Assembly (NCBI GenBank): GCA_965203905.1
Contig: CBDBDQ010000005.1
Location: 5,568,001 to 5,632,000 of the forward strand
Direction of reading: 5' to 3'
Source: Spirochaetia bacterium
GTDB lineage: Bacteria > Spirochaetota > Spirochaetia > SZUA-6 > Bin103
Length of the DNA stretch: 64,000 nucleotides
The notes below the pieces were generated by a model, which worked only from the letters and a program-made list of their open reading frames with translations, made no database searches and was not told the origin of the DNA. Each line of letters opens with the position of its first letter. Within the stretch, counting starts at the first letter, position 1. The translations under genes and the position numbers were made by a program. Of the stretch, positions 33,010 through 44,897 are shown one piece after another.

Positions 33010-34803
33010 TCAGAACCCCAACGATTTCTTCAGATCGGGGTCGAGCCACATACGCGCCACCATGGCGCCGGCGCCGACGGATACAAGGTCATACTCGCCG
33101 TTGAAGCCCTTGACCCAGGGCTGGCTCACGGAGACATTGCCGGTGCTTCGCCGGCCGTCGTGTAGTAGTGGTTCTTCAGCATGACCAAAAGCGCCTCCTG
33201 CGAAGCCTTCTGCTGCCTCCTCGAGAGTAGACGCATTCTGCGCGGCTGCAACCAGGGCATCATACTCCGGGTTCGCGATCGGGCCCGCGGGCTGCCACGC
33301 GTTACCCGTGACGGAGTGCGTCAACGGAACCAGCTGACCCCACGTATTCGCCACCGTTGCGGAGGTCATGCTTTGGTACGTCTTGTTATTGATATTGCTC
33401 ACCCACGGAGCGGTTTCCATGACCTGTAGCTCGGCGTCGATACCAACCGCCAGAAGCTGTTCCGCATAGATCTCGTACACGTTCACATCGTAGACATTTC
33501 TGACCTCGATGTTGGTCTTGAACCTGATACCGTTGGCGCCGCGCGGGTAGCCGGCAGCGTCGAGGAGCCTTTCTGCCTCTGCCGGGTCGTGTCGGTAGAA
33601 CTTCTTGATCTCCTCGGGCCACTCGGCGAACGGCGGTGCGTATCCCACGATGGCGCTGCTCGTATGGGCTTGAGGCGTCGTGTTTGCCAAGCCCTTCCAG
33701 TAGCCGTCGTTGATCGCTTCCGCATCGAGTGCCATCTGGATCGCCTGGCGGACTCTGAGGTCGTTAACTGGCTCCACGGACAGGTTGAACGCGAGAGATG
33801 GTCCGCCCTGATAGTACGGCCACACCCCGATATCGGGATTGGTCCGCTTGAGATCGTCGATTACGTCGATACTGTGTATCTCCGAGAAGGAAACCGCACC
33901 CAGGTAGTCGATCTGGCCCGACCGGAATGCCGCCACCCGTGTCGACTCTTCGGGCATGATCAACCAGGCGACCTCGTCGATGTAGGGCAGGCGGTTGTCC
34001 GGGTACTTCTCGTCGAACGCCCAGTAGTTGGGGTTCTTGGTGAAGGTCAGGGAGCTGCCTTCAACCCAGTCGGCCAGCTCATAGGGGCCGGTGCCGACCA
34101 TGTTGCGCCAATCCAGAAGGTCGCCGTGCTCTTCGATAACTTCAGGAGGCGCGATGTGAGTACTGTATTCATGGACGATCGTCCGCTCCGCGAGGACATC
34201 CGGCGCGCTCAGTCGAAAGACGACCGTGCGGTCGTCGGTGGCGGTTACCGACACGATGCCTACATCGTCGACCTGCGCCCATTGCGCTACGAAGGGGTTG
34301 ACTTCGGTGTAGCCACTGCCCAGGCCCAGATAGCGGTGCCAGTTGTACTCCACGTCCTTGGCAGTGAGCTCGCGGCCATTCATCGGTGCCTTGTCGTGCC
34401 AGTGCACGCCGCTGCGGATCCGGACTGTCAGCGTTACCGGGTCGGTCCAGTCCCAGCTCTCGGCCAACTGACCGGTTATCGCGAAGTCAGGAATATACGG
34501 GGATTGCAGGGCGTTTTGCTGTCTGTCGAGCGCCCAATCCCCCATGGCCAGCTTCTCGAGCGTGAACATCCAACAACCGAAACCCGGGTGCCCCTGCCCG
34601 GGGTCACAATTGGGCGGCTCGCTGGCGGTGCCGAGGGTAATGGTGCCACCGTACTCGGGCGCGGTCACCATCTTGCCGGTGGCCGGGTCGCGCACCATTT
34701 CCTTCTCGGCGGCGGCGGTGTCGTCTTCGCCGGCGGGGCTGGCCAACGTAGCGGTAGCCACCAGCGCGAACACCAGCGGCAGCAACAGGAGTCTGGGAGT
34801 CAT
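33010..34803 (-). CDS. Peptide ABC substrate-binding protein (family 5)
   Basis: Signal peptide, LAESW, GVHWH, GTGPY, KNPNYW, RVRQAI; GAGGAG RBS. Confidence 0.9.
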   Translation of the reverse strand: MTPRLLLLPLVFALVATATLASPAGEDDTAAAEKEMVRDPATGKMVTAPEYGGTITLGTASEPPNCDPGQGHPGFGCWMFTLEKLAMGDWALDRQQNALQSPYIPDFAITGQLAESWDWTDPVTLTVRIRSGVHWHDKAPMNGRELTAKDVEYNWHRYLGLGSGYTEVNPFVAQWAQVDDVGIVSVTATDDRTVVFRLSAPDVLAERTIVHEYSTHIAPPEVIEEHGDLLDWRNMVGTGPYELADWVEGSSLTFTKNPNYWAFDEKYPDNRLPYIDEVAWLIMPEESTRVAAFRSGQIDYLGAVSFSEIHSIDVIDDLKRTNPDIGVWPYYQGGPSLAFNLSVEPVNDLRVRQAIQMALDAEAINDGYWKGLANTTPQAHTSSAIVGYAPPFAEWPEEIKKFYRHDPAEAERLLDAAGYPRGANGIRFKTNIEVRNVYDVNVYEIYAEQLLAVGIDAELQVMETAPWVSNINNKTYQSMTSATVANTWGQLVPLTHSVTGNAWQPAGPIANPEYDALVAAAQNASTLEEAAEGFAGGAFGHAEEPLLHDGRRSTGNVSVSQPWVKGFNGEYDLVSVGAGAMVARMWLDPDLKKSLGF

Positions 34804-35149
34804 AACGTACTCCTCCTCGTTATTTTCGGGATCGGGACTGCGCCCCGTTGCTAACGGGCAACTGTGGTGGGCTGCGTGATCGAGCTTCATCCGCGTCTTT
34901 CCGAGTCCCGAATCAAGACTATGCCACACGCCCGGCGACGGTTCAAGCACGCGAAATCGTCCGCAGTCAACCAGGGCATTTCGCTTGCGCCAGCCGCGTC
35001 AGTCTCTGGCGCTTGATCGTGGCGGGAAGCATGCTCGGATGTCAGGCCGGTGGAAGTGCCGGTCCCGCTCTCTGCGCGGTGGTGGAACTGCCGGGGTTAT
35101 CGTCGCAGAGATGCGCCGCACGGGCTGGCAGCCGGAGCCGGCAGCCGCG

Positions 35150-35514
35150 GGGGAGATGCTGGTCCGCGGCGGCTTTCCCGAGCTGTGGGCGGACCGCACC
35201 ATACCGGCGCGCGAGTTCTACCAGAGCTACGTAAGTACCTACCTGGACGTGACCTGCGCCAAGTCGTGAACGTCGGCAGCCTGCGCGACTTCGAGCGCTT
35301 TCTGCGGTCCTGCGCGGTGCGCGCCGGCCTGCTGGCGCGTCACGGTGCGTTCGCGTCGCTGGACGCCGTCGCGGCCGTGTTGCACAGCGCATCCGGCATC
35401 GTGCACGTGGATGTCGGCCTGGTGGGGCGCATGACGGGGACACGACGGCTGGCCGTCAACCGCACCGCGGTGTCCGGTTTCGCGATCGCCGACTTTCTGC
35501 CGGCGGACGACTAA
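35150..35514 (+). pseudogene. Fragments of an AAA_14/DUF4143-type ATP-binding protein
   Basis: RGGFPEL...SYVSTYL then, frameshifted, RDLRQVVNVGSLRDFERFLRSCAVR. Confidence 0.6.
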
Positions 35515-35519
35515 ACTGA

Positions 35520-35714
35520 ATGGGCGGGGCCGATTTCGCCCCGGGCAACGTGTATCTGAGCGCAGCCGAAACGCTGTTGCCCAGAGACTCGGTGGTCGTC
35601 GTGTCCCAATTGACCTGCATCGACCGCACGCGACTGGTGGAACAGGCGGGAACACTGGGGCCACCGAACCTCGCCGAAGTGGAGGCTGGGCTCCGACTCG
35701 TGCTCGCGCTCTAG
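35520..35714 (+). pseudogene. C-terminal half of a MazF/PemK toxin
   Basis: APGNVYL...LPRDSVVVVSQLTCIDRTRL...GLRLVL; the N-terminal RP motif is absent. Confidence 0.7.
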
Positions 35715-35901
35715 TGTGGTGTCCCGCAAGTTTGCCCACGCGCCGCGCGATGTAGCTCGGTCACTCCACGTAGCAGGTGGCCGCAGGACTGCGCCGCCAG
35801 CCTGCTACCGCTGCCGCCAGGTGGGTGCGCGGCGCTTCGCCACGGGCGGCAACCCTTCAGCGGCCCGCCTCTTGTGTAGAGGGATTTCCGGGACACCACA
35901 C
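35714..35901. mobile_element. MITE-like non-autonomous element, 188 bp
   Basis: Terminal IRs GTGTGGTGTCCCGCAAGT (35714-35731) and the reverse complement of GTGTGGTGTCCCGGAAAT (35884-35901), 16/18 match; ends embedded in CTAG and CGAG. Confidence 0.7.
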
Positions 35902-36054
35902 GAGAGACCTGCCGCGGTGGACCGCTCACGACGCGGGTCCGTCTCCATGCGATCCGCGCGGCAGGGCTGTTCGACGTACATCGCTCATGAGTCGAGCCGC
36001 GGCGACTCATCGCCGTTGGCGGTCGGCACGCGAACTCCGATAGACTGGCGGCGC

Positions 36055-37302
36055 ATGCAGAGTCGAGCCACACCGCCAGCCGACGTGTTCAACCTCGGCG
36101 TGCTCGCTGTCGCGCAGGCGCTGGGGCTGTCGGCCATGTCGATGATGATCTTCATCGGCGGCATAGTCGGGCGCGAGCTGGCCCCGCGGCCGGCGCTGGC
36201 GACGCTGCCCCTGGCGCTCGCCATCATCGGTCTGGCCGCGACCACCGTCCCGGCGGCGCTGCTGGCGCGCCGGCTCGGCCGGCGGCGCGCGTTCGTTATC
36301 GGGGCGCTGCTGGCAACCGCGGCGGCGCTGGTGCTCGTGCTCGCGGTCAGCCGCGTCAGCTTCCCGCTGTTCTGCGGAGCGGCCGTGGTGCTCGGTATGA
36401 ACGGCGCGTTCGTGCAGCAGTACCGCTTCGCCGCCGCCGAGAGCGCAACGCCCGAATATGCCGGGCGCGCCGTTGCCTACGTGCTGGTCGGCGGCATGAT
36501 GGGCGGTGTGCTCGGGCCCGAGGTGGCCAAGCGGAGCCGCCATCTGCTGGAGGCCGAATATGCCGGCGGCTTTCTGGTGCTTGCCGCTCTGCTGGTGCTG
36601 TTGGCGCTGGTGGTCAGCCGCCTGCGGGACAACGGCGCTCGCTTCGCCACGCCACCGCCGCCGCCCCATCGCACGCCGGTCGCAGGCGCGCCGCCCGAGG
36701 TGCGGTCCGCTGCCGCCTCCCGCCTGTCCGCGCCCGGCTTCGGCGTGGCGGTCCTGGCGGCGGCGGTCGCCTACGCGGTCATGTCGTCGATCATGACCGC
36801 CACGCCGCTGCACCTGAACGCTACCGGCCTGCCCCTCGATCGCACCGCCATCATCATCCAGAGCCACGTCATCGCGATGTACCTGCCGTCGCTCGCCAGC
36901 GGCTACATCATGGATCGCCTGGGCGTCGCTCGCGTGCTCTTAGTGGGCGTGGTCGGCATGACCGCATCGATCGTGGTGGGGGTGTACGCGGCAAGCTTCC
37001 TGGCGTCCTGGGCCGCACTGGTCCTGCTCGGCCTCGGGTGGAACATGCTGTTTCTCGGCGGCACCGTGCTCTTGGCGCGGAGGGCCGCCGGGGCCGAACG
37101 CTTTCGCCTGCAGGCCATCAACGACTTCGGCGTGTTCGGCGCGCAGGCGCTGGCCTCCCTGTCGGCCGGAACCGCGCTGGCCCTGGTGGGGTGGGACGCC
37201 CTCAACCTCGCTGTGCTGCCGCTGCTGGCCTGGGTAGCGATCACCGTCCTGGTACGGCGCGCCGCCCTCTCGGGCACCGCCCGGCGCGCCGCCGTCGCCT
37301 AG
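36055..37302 (+). CDS. MFS transporter
   Basis: About 12 TM segments, RLGRRRAF, QQYRFAAAE, HVIAMYLPS, GWNMLF. Confidence 0.9.
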   Translation: MQSRATPPADVFNLGVLAVAQALGLSAMSMMIFIGGIVGRELAPRPALATLPLALAIIGLAATTVPAALLARRLGRRRAFVIGALLATAAALVLVLAVSRVSFPLFCGAAVVLGMNGAFVQQYRFAAAESATPEYAGRAVAYVLVGGMMGGVLGPEVAKRSRHLLEAEYAGGFLVLAALLVLLALVVSRLRDNGARFATPPPPPHRTPVAGAPPEVRSAAASRLSAPGFGVAVLAAAVAYAVMSSIMTATPLHLNATGLPLDRTAIIIQSHVIAMYLPSLASGYIMDRLGVARVLLVGVVGMTASIVVGVYAASFLASWAALVLLGLGWNMLFLGGTVLLARRAAGAERFRLQAINDFGVFGAQALASLSAGTALALVGWDALNLAVLPLLAWVAITVLVRRAALSGTARRAAVA

Positions 37303-37554
37303 TGGGACGGGACAATCCACTTAAAGCTCAACACATGTGACTGATAAAGCGGGGGTCTCCGACTGACCGCGGGCGGGAATCAAAAAAGCCAGCGCAGCAG
37401 GGGACGCGCCCAGACTACCTGAGTCAGCTTCAGGGGTCGCGTGGCGGTCTGGAGTGCCTTCATCGTGCCGGAAGTCGGGGCGCTGCGCGCTCGCGGATGT
37501 CGACCCAGAGTGCCGGCCCCGAATTGACCCGCCCCCGCAGCGCGCACGGTCGCA

Positions 37555-38049
37555 TCACGTTTCGCCTGCTTGCTCGAGGATCGCCTGAACGAGTTGGTCC
37601 GAGAGTCTGAAATCCCGCGCAGCCAGTCGCTCGAAGAAGGGCCTGACGCTCTCCACCAAGCTCGCCCTCTTGGCGGCAAGCAGTACGCCAGCAAGGCCGG
37701 TGACCGCGAGTCCATGAGCATCCGCATACGATCGTCCAAGCGGCTCGTCCATCAGTATCAACGAGGGACCGACGTGAGCGGCCGCCAGGGTGAGCGTGCT
37801 CGATTCGCCGGCGTCCAGATCAGCGAAGGCAGCGTTCGCCGCGGGCGTGTGCTCGACCTGGATCCATCCATCGCGGATGGCTGCGGCCAACTCTGCCGCC
37901 CCCGGCAGGTACCCGCCGGCCAGCACCTCGTCGCGCACCGTGTTGGTGATCGTCAACTGGCCGAACAGCCTGCGAAGCAGATCGAATCCCCCCGCGGCGG
38001 CCAGCCCGATCAGTGGGCTTGCGTCGGCCGCGACGAGCCGCTCCGCCAT
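37555..38049 (-). CDS. DUF3368 PIN-domain protein (putative toxin)
   Basis: VAADASPLI, LDAGE, LMDE, GLAGVLLAAK. Confidence 0.85.
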   Translation of the reverse strand: MAERLVAADASPLIGLAAAGGFDLLRRLFGQLTITNTVRDEVLAGGYLPGAAELAAAIRDGWIQVEHTPAANAAFADLDAGESSTLTLAAAHVGPSLILMDEPLGRSYADAHGLAVTGLAGVLLAAKRASLVESVRPFFERLAARDFRLSDQLVQAILEQAGET

Positions 38050-38375
38050 GCCTCGACTGCCTGGGTATCTTCACGCACCGTGGCGGGCGTGCCGTCGACG
38101 ACCGGAATGCCAAGATGGGACACTCGCTGGATGAACTTGGCAATCCCGAGGCGGGAGAACCGCGCGGCCTGACCCAGCGACAGGCTGCGCTCGCGAAACA
38201 GCGCCGTGGCGAGGGCGAGCCGGATGCCCGGCTCCGCGAGCAACGAGTCATCATCAAGATGCACCAGCAGCGCCTCCGGTTGATGTCGGTTGAGTACCAT
38301 GACCGGGTGTTCACGCGCCTCGCGAAGTGCCGCTGACGGGTTGTTCTTTAGCTCGCGGATGCTGACTGCTTTCAC
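38010..38375 (-). CDS. Phd-like/UPF0175 antitoxin
   Basis: VSIRELKNNPS (Phd-like) plus LFRERSLSLGQAARFS (UPF0175). Confidence 0.82.
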   Translation of the reverse strand: MKAVSIRELKNNPSAALREAREHPVMVLNRHQPEALLVHLDDDSLLAEPGIRLALATALFRERSLSLGQAARFSRLGIAKFIQRVSHLGIPVVDGTPATVREDTQAVEAWRSGSSRPTQAH

Positions 38376-38379
38376 CCTG

Positions 38380-38395
38380 CTACCTCATGAGGTAG
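38380..38395. promoter_or_regulatory. Perfect 16-bp palindrome, probable TA operator
   Basis: CTACCTCATGAGGTAG, 4 bp upstream of the antitoxin GTG. Confidence 0.65.
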
Positions 38396-38998
38396 GAACA
38401 TACCGCGGGAACACGAGGAGGAGCAAGGCTCCAACACACGCCACAGCAGCACGAGCGGCGTGCGGTCGTCAGCGCCCAGCGACTCAGCCTCAGGTTCAGC
38501 TCGCCACCCGGTGCGGCGCTGTTCATTGCCTCGCGGCGGATACGCTCCGCCGTGTCGTCCGCCCGGCGTCAGGCTCGCCCTGAGTAGGGTCGGCTACTCC
38601 AGCTCGCCAGTCAGCGTCGGCAGGACGTCCGCCAGGGTGATGCCGAAGTCGTTTTCCTGGGTGGCTTGAATAGAAAGGGGTTGTAGAACCCGCGGACACC
38701 CGACCCAACTAACCGCTGGGGTGTCGTCACGCCCAAACCATCATAGAGGCTCTCGTGTCTCTACGTCTATTGCCAACTGCATCGCCTGACGCACTCGGAT
38801 GTCATCAAAGGGCGGCTTGCGCACGTCCATGGCATAGGAGCTTTTCGATTTACCGGTTTTCGACGGAGCAGGACGGAGGCAGACGCCGAGCTACAGCGGG
38901 TTGTATCTATCATCGCGCTCATTGCGTTGTCCACCTCCCTGCGACGACCACTGTACTACACTCCCGGCAACCGTCAAGTTCGTGGAGATGCATGCGGG

Positions 38999-39451
38999 TC
39001 ATTCGAGTATCTCGTCGGGAGTTGCGACCCGGCCCGCGTATCGGTCGAGGAAGTGGTCACGGTCCCAGGTCACGAGCGTGGTCACGAACGCCACGTACTT
39101 GCGCGCGGTCAACAGGAACTGGGCGTCACCGAGAGACATCCGCTGCTGAAGAAGCGCGAACAGTTCGCCGATGCCCATCTTGGGGACCGGAACATCGAGA
39201 TCCGGTACCGGCAGGACATCGACGCCGTAGCGATCCGGAAACTGCTCCCACAACGTGCTCAGTTGTCGTGGATTGAGGTTGAACGAAAGAATGCCGCACA
39301 ACTCAAGCAGGTTGATGGTGGTCGTAACCCCTGATCGTTCCCGCTTGATCGCGTCCAGGAAGCGGCGGTTGACGCCGAAGTTTCGATCCCGCGGGTAGCG
39401 CAGGTCGATCACGAAGACGTTGGTGTCGATGAGGTACGGTCCCTGATCCAT
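38999..39451 (-). CDS. PIN-domain (VapC-like) toxin
   Basis: LIDTNVF, NLLEL, SLGDA, VTWD. Confidence 0.85.
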   Translation of the reverse strand: MDQGPYLIDTNVFVIDLRYPRDRNFGVNRRFLDAIKRERSGVTTTINLLELCGILSFNLNPRQLSTLWEQFPDRYGVDVLPVPDLDVPVPKMGIGELFALLQQRMSLGDAQFLLTARKYVAFVTTLVTWDRDHFLDRYAGRVATPDEILE

Positions 39452-39687
39452 GCCGTGGCCTGCGACCAGTCGGGAAACGCCGGTTCGGACTGCGCCAGCG
39501 CTGCTTCAACCTCCGCCCAGCGTTGGTCGGCCCCTGCGGCCGAACCCTCCCACTGGTCGTCGGTGCACGGTGTCACTACCCCGATACGCTTGCCGCGGTA
39601 GGTAAGTACAAAGGGTTCTCCGGCGCGCAATCGCTTGATGAAGTCTCCGGTGTGCTGTTTCAACGCCTTTGCCGTGATCACTCCCAT
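39409..39687 (-). CDS. Phd/YefM antitoxin
   Basis: ITAKALKQHTG...GEPFVLTYRGKRIG; overlaps the PIN gene. Confidence 0.85.
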   Translation of the reverse strand: MGVITAKALKQHTGDFIKRLRAGEPFVLTYRGKRIGVVTPCTDDQWEGSAAGADQRWAEVEAALAQSEPAFPDWSQATAWIRDRTSSTPTSS

Positions 39688-39693
39688 CCGCGA

Positions 39694-39724
39694 AGTGTAC
39701 ACCCCCGAGCGGTAAGTGTCTACT
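39694..39724 (-). promoter_or_regulatory. Phd-type operator overlapping a -10 box
   Basis: GTGTACAC palindrome (39695-39702), the known Phd/YefM operator core, overlapping TACACT 6 nt before the ATG. Confidence 0.6.
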
Positions 39725-39744
39725 CCGCGACATCGTCCGTGAGC

Positions 39745-39802
39745 AGCCGATCTCGCGGCAGAACGACTGGAACTCATTCGCCAGGCGAAAGAGGTCTCGC
39801 AT
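39745..39802 (-). pseudogene. Possible N-terminal remnant of a nucleotidyltransferase toxin-like gene
   Basis: MRDLFRLANEFQSFCRE recalls the N-terminus of the family seen at 28812-28925; very short. Confidence 0.3.
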
Positions 39803-39844
39803 CCCGGATTCTGGCGCGCGACGTCGAGATCTGGCCGCTCGAAT

Positions 39845-39871
39845 TCTTCCTGGCGGCACTGTGGCGGGACG
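39845..39871 (+). repeat. Dispersed repeat, copy 2 (27-bp core)
   Basis: TCTTCCTGGCGGCACTGTGGCGGGACG, direct orientation relative to 23093-23119. Confidence 0.8.
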
Positions 39872-39907
39872 CCCTCGCATCGTGAGGATATACCGCGGCA
39901 CGTCGGC

Positions 39908-41620
<1,713 letters not shown>

Positions 41621-41647
41621 CGCCGCGGCCCCTACGTTCCGTCGCCT

Positions 41648-42850
41648 CTAGCGGTGCGCCAGGTCGCCGATGGAAGCCTCGGCGGCAAGCCGCTCGCCGT
41701 CCGGCAGGACCACCTCGTCCTCACGCAACACCGCCGGGTGCGCGGTGGCCGGCAGCGGCGTCCGGTACTGGTAGTTCGGGTCGTGCCGCTGGCGTTCGGC
41801 GCTCTGGATTATCTCCGCCCACGCCTGCCACAGGGTGCGCAGCCGCGGCATGTCGGGAGCGATCTCCCCGGCCAGCTCCTTGAGGTGGTAGCAGGGCACA
41901 CCGGCGTACATATGGTGCTCGGCATGCCAGTTCATGCGCCAGTACAGGAACGAGGTGAACGGGTTCAGCTTGATGGAGCGGGTCGTCATCCGGAAATCCG
42001 GGACGCTGTCCATCAGTCCGAAGTGCTGCGGAATCACGATCAGTGTGAACAGCCAGCGGCCGACGAACACCGCGCCGGTCAGGACGATCGGCAGCCACCA
42101 CGCGCTCAGCGCCGCGCCAATCAGCAACGCGGCCAGGTGAAAGGCGAGGGTGAGCCGGGCGAAACGCACCGCCTTGCGTTCGATCTGTGGGCTCGTCGCG
42201 AACAGGGCGGCGGCCCACTCGCTGGCGAAAATGCCGGTGAACTTCATCCGGTAACGCCGCGTGGCCAGGCGCAGCGTGGACATCGTCAGGTGGCGCAGGC
42301 TGGCGAAACTGAACGTCAACTCCTGAACCGCCCACCACGGCGTGATGTTCAGCAGCCAGGGGTGCACCACTGTGCCGGCATCGTAGTATTGGCCGGGCAG
42401 TTCGCGGTCGCCCTCCGGATAGAGGGTGTAGCGATGATGGTAGATGTGGCTCAGGTCGTGCTCATGCGGGTTCCAGAACGACAGCACGCCGAAGATGCTC
42501 TGGAAGAAACGGTTCAGCCACCTGGTGCGAAACACGGTGCCGTGGCCGAGATCGTGACCGGCGATGTACATGAACGTGCCGAAGGTGCCGTGGCACCATA
42601 GCGCCAGGGCAAACGGCAGCCACATCGCCTGCGTGAAGAACCAGGCGGTGAGGATGCCGGTAGCGGCGAACAGGCCCAGATGGCCCAACGCCTGCAGCGC
42701 CCCCTGCAGGTCGCTGCGCCGCATCAGGCGGCGCAGCGTCGACGGGTCGATCGGCGAGCGATACCACTTCACCCGCAGGTTCCGTCGAACCTCGTCGAGC
42801 GGCGGAAACTCGAACGGACGCGCCGCAGGCGCGGTCGCCTGCTCACTCAC
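41648..42850 (-). CDS. Membrane fatty-acid desaturase-family protein
   Basis: Three His boxes: HDLGH, HIYHH, HAEHH; start approximate. Confidence 0.88.
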   Translation of the reverse strand: MSEQATAPAARPFEFPPLDEVRRNLRVKWYRSPIDPSTLRRLMRRSDLQGALQALGHLGLFAATGILTAWFFTQAMWLPFALALWCHGTFGTFMYIAGHDLGHGTVFRTRWLNRFFQSIFGVLSFWNPHEHDLSHIYHHRYTLYPEGDRELPGQYYDAGTVVHPWLLNITPWWAVQELTFSFASLRHLTMSTLRLATRRYRMKFTGIFASEWAAALFATSPQIERKAVRFARLTLAFHLAALLIGAALSAWWLPIVLTGAVFVGRWLFTLIVIPQHFGLMDSVPDFRMTTRSIKLNPFTSFLYWRMNWHAEHHMYAGVPCYHLKELAGEIAPDMPRLRTLWQAWAEIIQSAERQRHDPNYQYRTPLPATAHPAVLREDEVVLPDGERLAAEASIGDLAHR

Positions 42851-43214
42851 GGGCGAGGAGACTCGGCAGGCGGTCTTCGGGGCGCTGGACACGCATCCCC
42901 GCCCCATGGGTGCACCGCGACGATGTAAAGCGCTTCCACCTGAAGGATCAGTCGTACCAGCTCGGCTTTCGGCATGCACGTTGCTCCTTCTCCGTGTCGA
43001 ACCCTCCGGGCTCCTGAATGCTGTTCCCATATTAGGCATCCGCAACCAACCACGCAATCGCTGCAGCGACATCGGCGACATCGGCGGCGCCAGCGGCCAC
43101 CCTGCGAGCCGCAGCGGAAGCCAGAAACTGCGCAAGACGACGTAACACGTTACGTTACGCGTGTTAAGACATTGCAAGCCGAACACTCCAGAGGAGAGTC
43201 CATCGTTCACTATC

Positions 43215-43245
43215 GCAAAAGGTAACATTTTGTGTTATCTTTTGC
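43215..43245. promoter_or_regulatory. 13-bp inverted repeat, probable AbiEi operator
   Basis: GCAAAAGGTAACA-TTTTG-TGTTATCTTTTGC (12/13), 24 bp before the AbiEi ATG. Confidence 0.65.
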
Positions 43246-43269
43246 ACGCGAAGACACTGGAACCCGAGG

Positions 43270-44055
43270 ATGCCGTCCATCTCAGACTATCTTGATGACC
43301 TGCAGGCCGCCGGACGATTCGTGTTTACTACCGAGCAAGCTGTCAAGGCGCTCGGGGTGTCCGTGACCGCCGCGAGGGCCGCGCTACGCAGGCTGAAGCG
43401 CAGGACCTCTGTCGCCGACCCGTTTCGCGGCTTCCACGTTATCGTGCCTCCAGCCTATCGGCGGCTGGGCTGCCTGCCCGCGGACCAATTCATCCCTGAC
43501 CTGATGTCCCACCTCGGTGAGCCCTACTACGTCGGGCTGCTCAGCGCGGCGAAGTACCACGGGGCTGGGCACCAGGCACCGCTCGTATTTCAGGTTGTCG
43601 TACCCAAGTCACGACGGGCGCTGCAATGCGGAGGTGTCCGAGTGGAGTTCGTGGCCCGGCGAAACATGCACGAAACTCCCGTCATCGAGCGGAACACACA
43701 GACGGGGACGATCCGCATCGCCGCGACCCAGGCCACCGCCTTCGAGGTTGTCGGTTATGCCGAGCGCTGCGGCTCCCTTGACAACGTCGCGACCGTGCTG
43801 GCCGAGCTCTCCGAGTCGCTGTGCGGCGAATTGCTTGCGGAAGAGGCCCGCCGGGCCCCATTGGCCTGGGTCCAGCGCCTTGGCTATCTGCTTGAACGCG
43901 TTGACCAAGCGGATCTGGCAGACTACCTCGACCCCGTGCTGACGGCGCGAACCGCATTTCCGGTCGCGTTAGCGCCATGGAAGAAAATGAATGGGTCCCA
44001 ACGCGATCGCCGCTGGAATGTCGCCGAAAACATCGAAGTAGTTCCCGACCTGTGA
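43270..44055 (+). CDS. Type IV TA antitoxin AbiEi
   Basis: GRFVFT wHTH, YYVGLLSAAKYHGAGHQ, VQRLGYLLE, DRRWNV. Confidence 0.9.
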   Translation: MPSISDYLDDLQAAGRFVFTTEQAVKALGVSVTAARAALRRLKRRTSVADPFRGFHVIVPPAYRRLGCLPADQFIPDLMSHLGEPYYVGLLSAAKYHGAGHQAPLVFQVVVPKSRRALQCGGVRVEFVARRNMHETPVIERNTQTGTIRIAATQATAFEVVGYAERCGSLDNVATVLAELSESLCGELLAEEARRAPLAWVQRLGYLLERVDQADLADYLDPVLTARTAFPVALAPWKKMNGSQRDRRWNVAENIEVVPDL

Positions 44056-44897
44056 TCCCTCGCGCGTATATCACCGAGTGGCGGGCGGTTGCCCCGTGGA
44101 GTCAGGACGCATGGGTCGAGCAGGATCTCGTCATCAGCCGAGCCCTCGTAGCGCTGTTCAGTGTAGCCGCGCTGGCCGAACGCTTGGCTTTCCGGGGTGG
44201 CACAGCACTCTACAAGCTCCATCTCCGTCCACCCGCCCGCTACTCCGAAGACATCGACTTGGTGCAGGTGCGCGCGGAACCCATCGGCGGGACGCTCGAT
44301 CTCGTCCGTGGCGCGCTTGATCCGTGGCTCGGCACCTCGCAGCACAGGCTCAGCGAGAGCAGCGCCACCTTGGTGTACCGGTTCGATTCGGAAGATGACC
44401 CGCCGCTGAGGATGCGCCTGAAGATCGAAATCAACACCCGCGAGCACTTCACCGAGTTGGGCCTGACGCGCGTCCCGTTTCGGGTGGAGAGTCGCTGGTT
44501 CAGCGGCGACGCCGGAGTGACCACCTTCAAGATCGACGAACTGATGGGGACAAAGCTGCGAGCTCTCTATCAACGCAGCAAGGGGCGCGACCTCTTCGAC
44601 CTGTGGTTTGCCCTCGTACACGGCACGGTAGACACGGGGGCGCTGTTCCGCAGCTTCCGGCGCTACATGGCCGAGGGCGGCCACACGGTTACCCGCGCGC
44701 AGTTTGAGCGGAACCTCCACGAGAAGGCCCGAAGCCGCGGATTTCGACGGGACATCCAACCACTGCTGAGACCGGATTCCAACCAGGACTTCGATATCGA
44801 TGAAGCGCTGGACGTTGTGCGGGAGCGGCTCATAAGGATGCTGCCGGGCGAACCGTGGCAGGGAGTGCGAGTGCGCCCCGGCAGCCCCACTATCTGA
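44052..44897 (+). CDS. AbiEii-family nucleotidyltransferase toxin
   Basis: VEQDLVISRAL, FRGGTAL, RYSEDIDL, KIEINTRE, TKLRALYQRSKGRDLFD; GTGA overlap. Confidence 0.93.
   Translation: MIPRAYITEWRAVAPWSQDAWVEQDLVISRALVALFSVAALAERLAFRGGTALYKLHLRPPARYSEDIDLVQVRAEPIGGTLDLVRGALDPWLGTSQHRLSESSATLVYRFDSEDDPPLRMRLKIEINTREHFTELGLTRVPFRVESRWFSGDAGVTTFKIDELMGTKLRALYQRSKGRDLFDLWFALVHGTVDTGALFRSFRRYMAEGGHTVTRAQFERNLHEKARSRGFRRDIQPLLRPDSNQDFDIDEALDVVRERLIRMLPGEPWQGVRVRPGSPTI

Noticed and set aside
37299-37320. CTAGTGGG motifs at 37299 and 44920 as IS ends
   Set aside because: No matching inverted partner found in the window.
38579-38990. Lower-GC spacer with a short minus-strand tail (ATQENDFGITLADVLPTLTGELE*) and a possible IS-end-like GGGGTTGTAGAA
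   Set aside because: Too short to assign; no partner IR or recognisable family.
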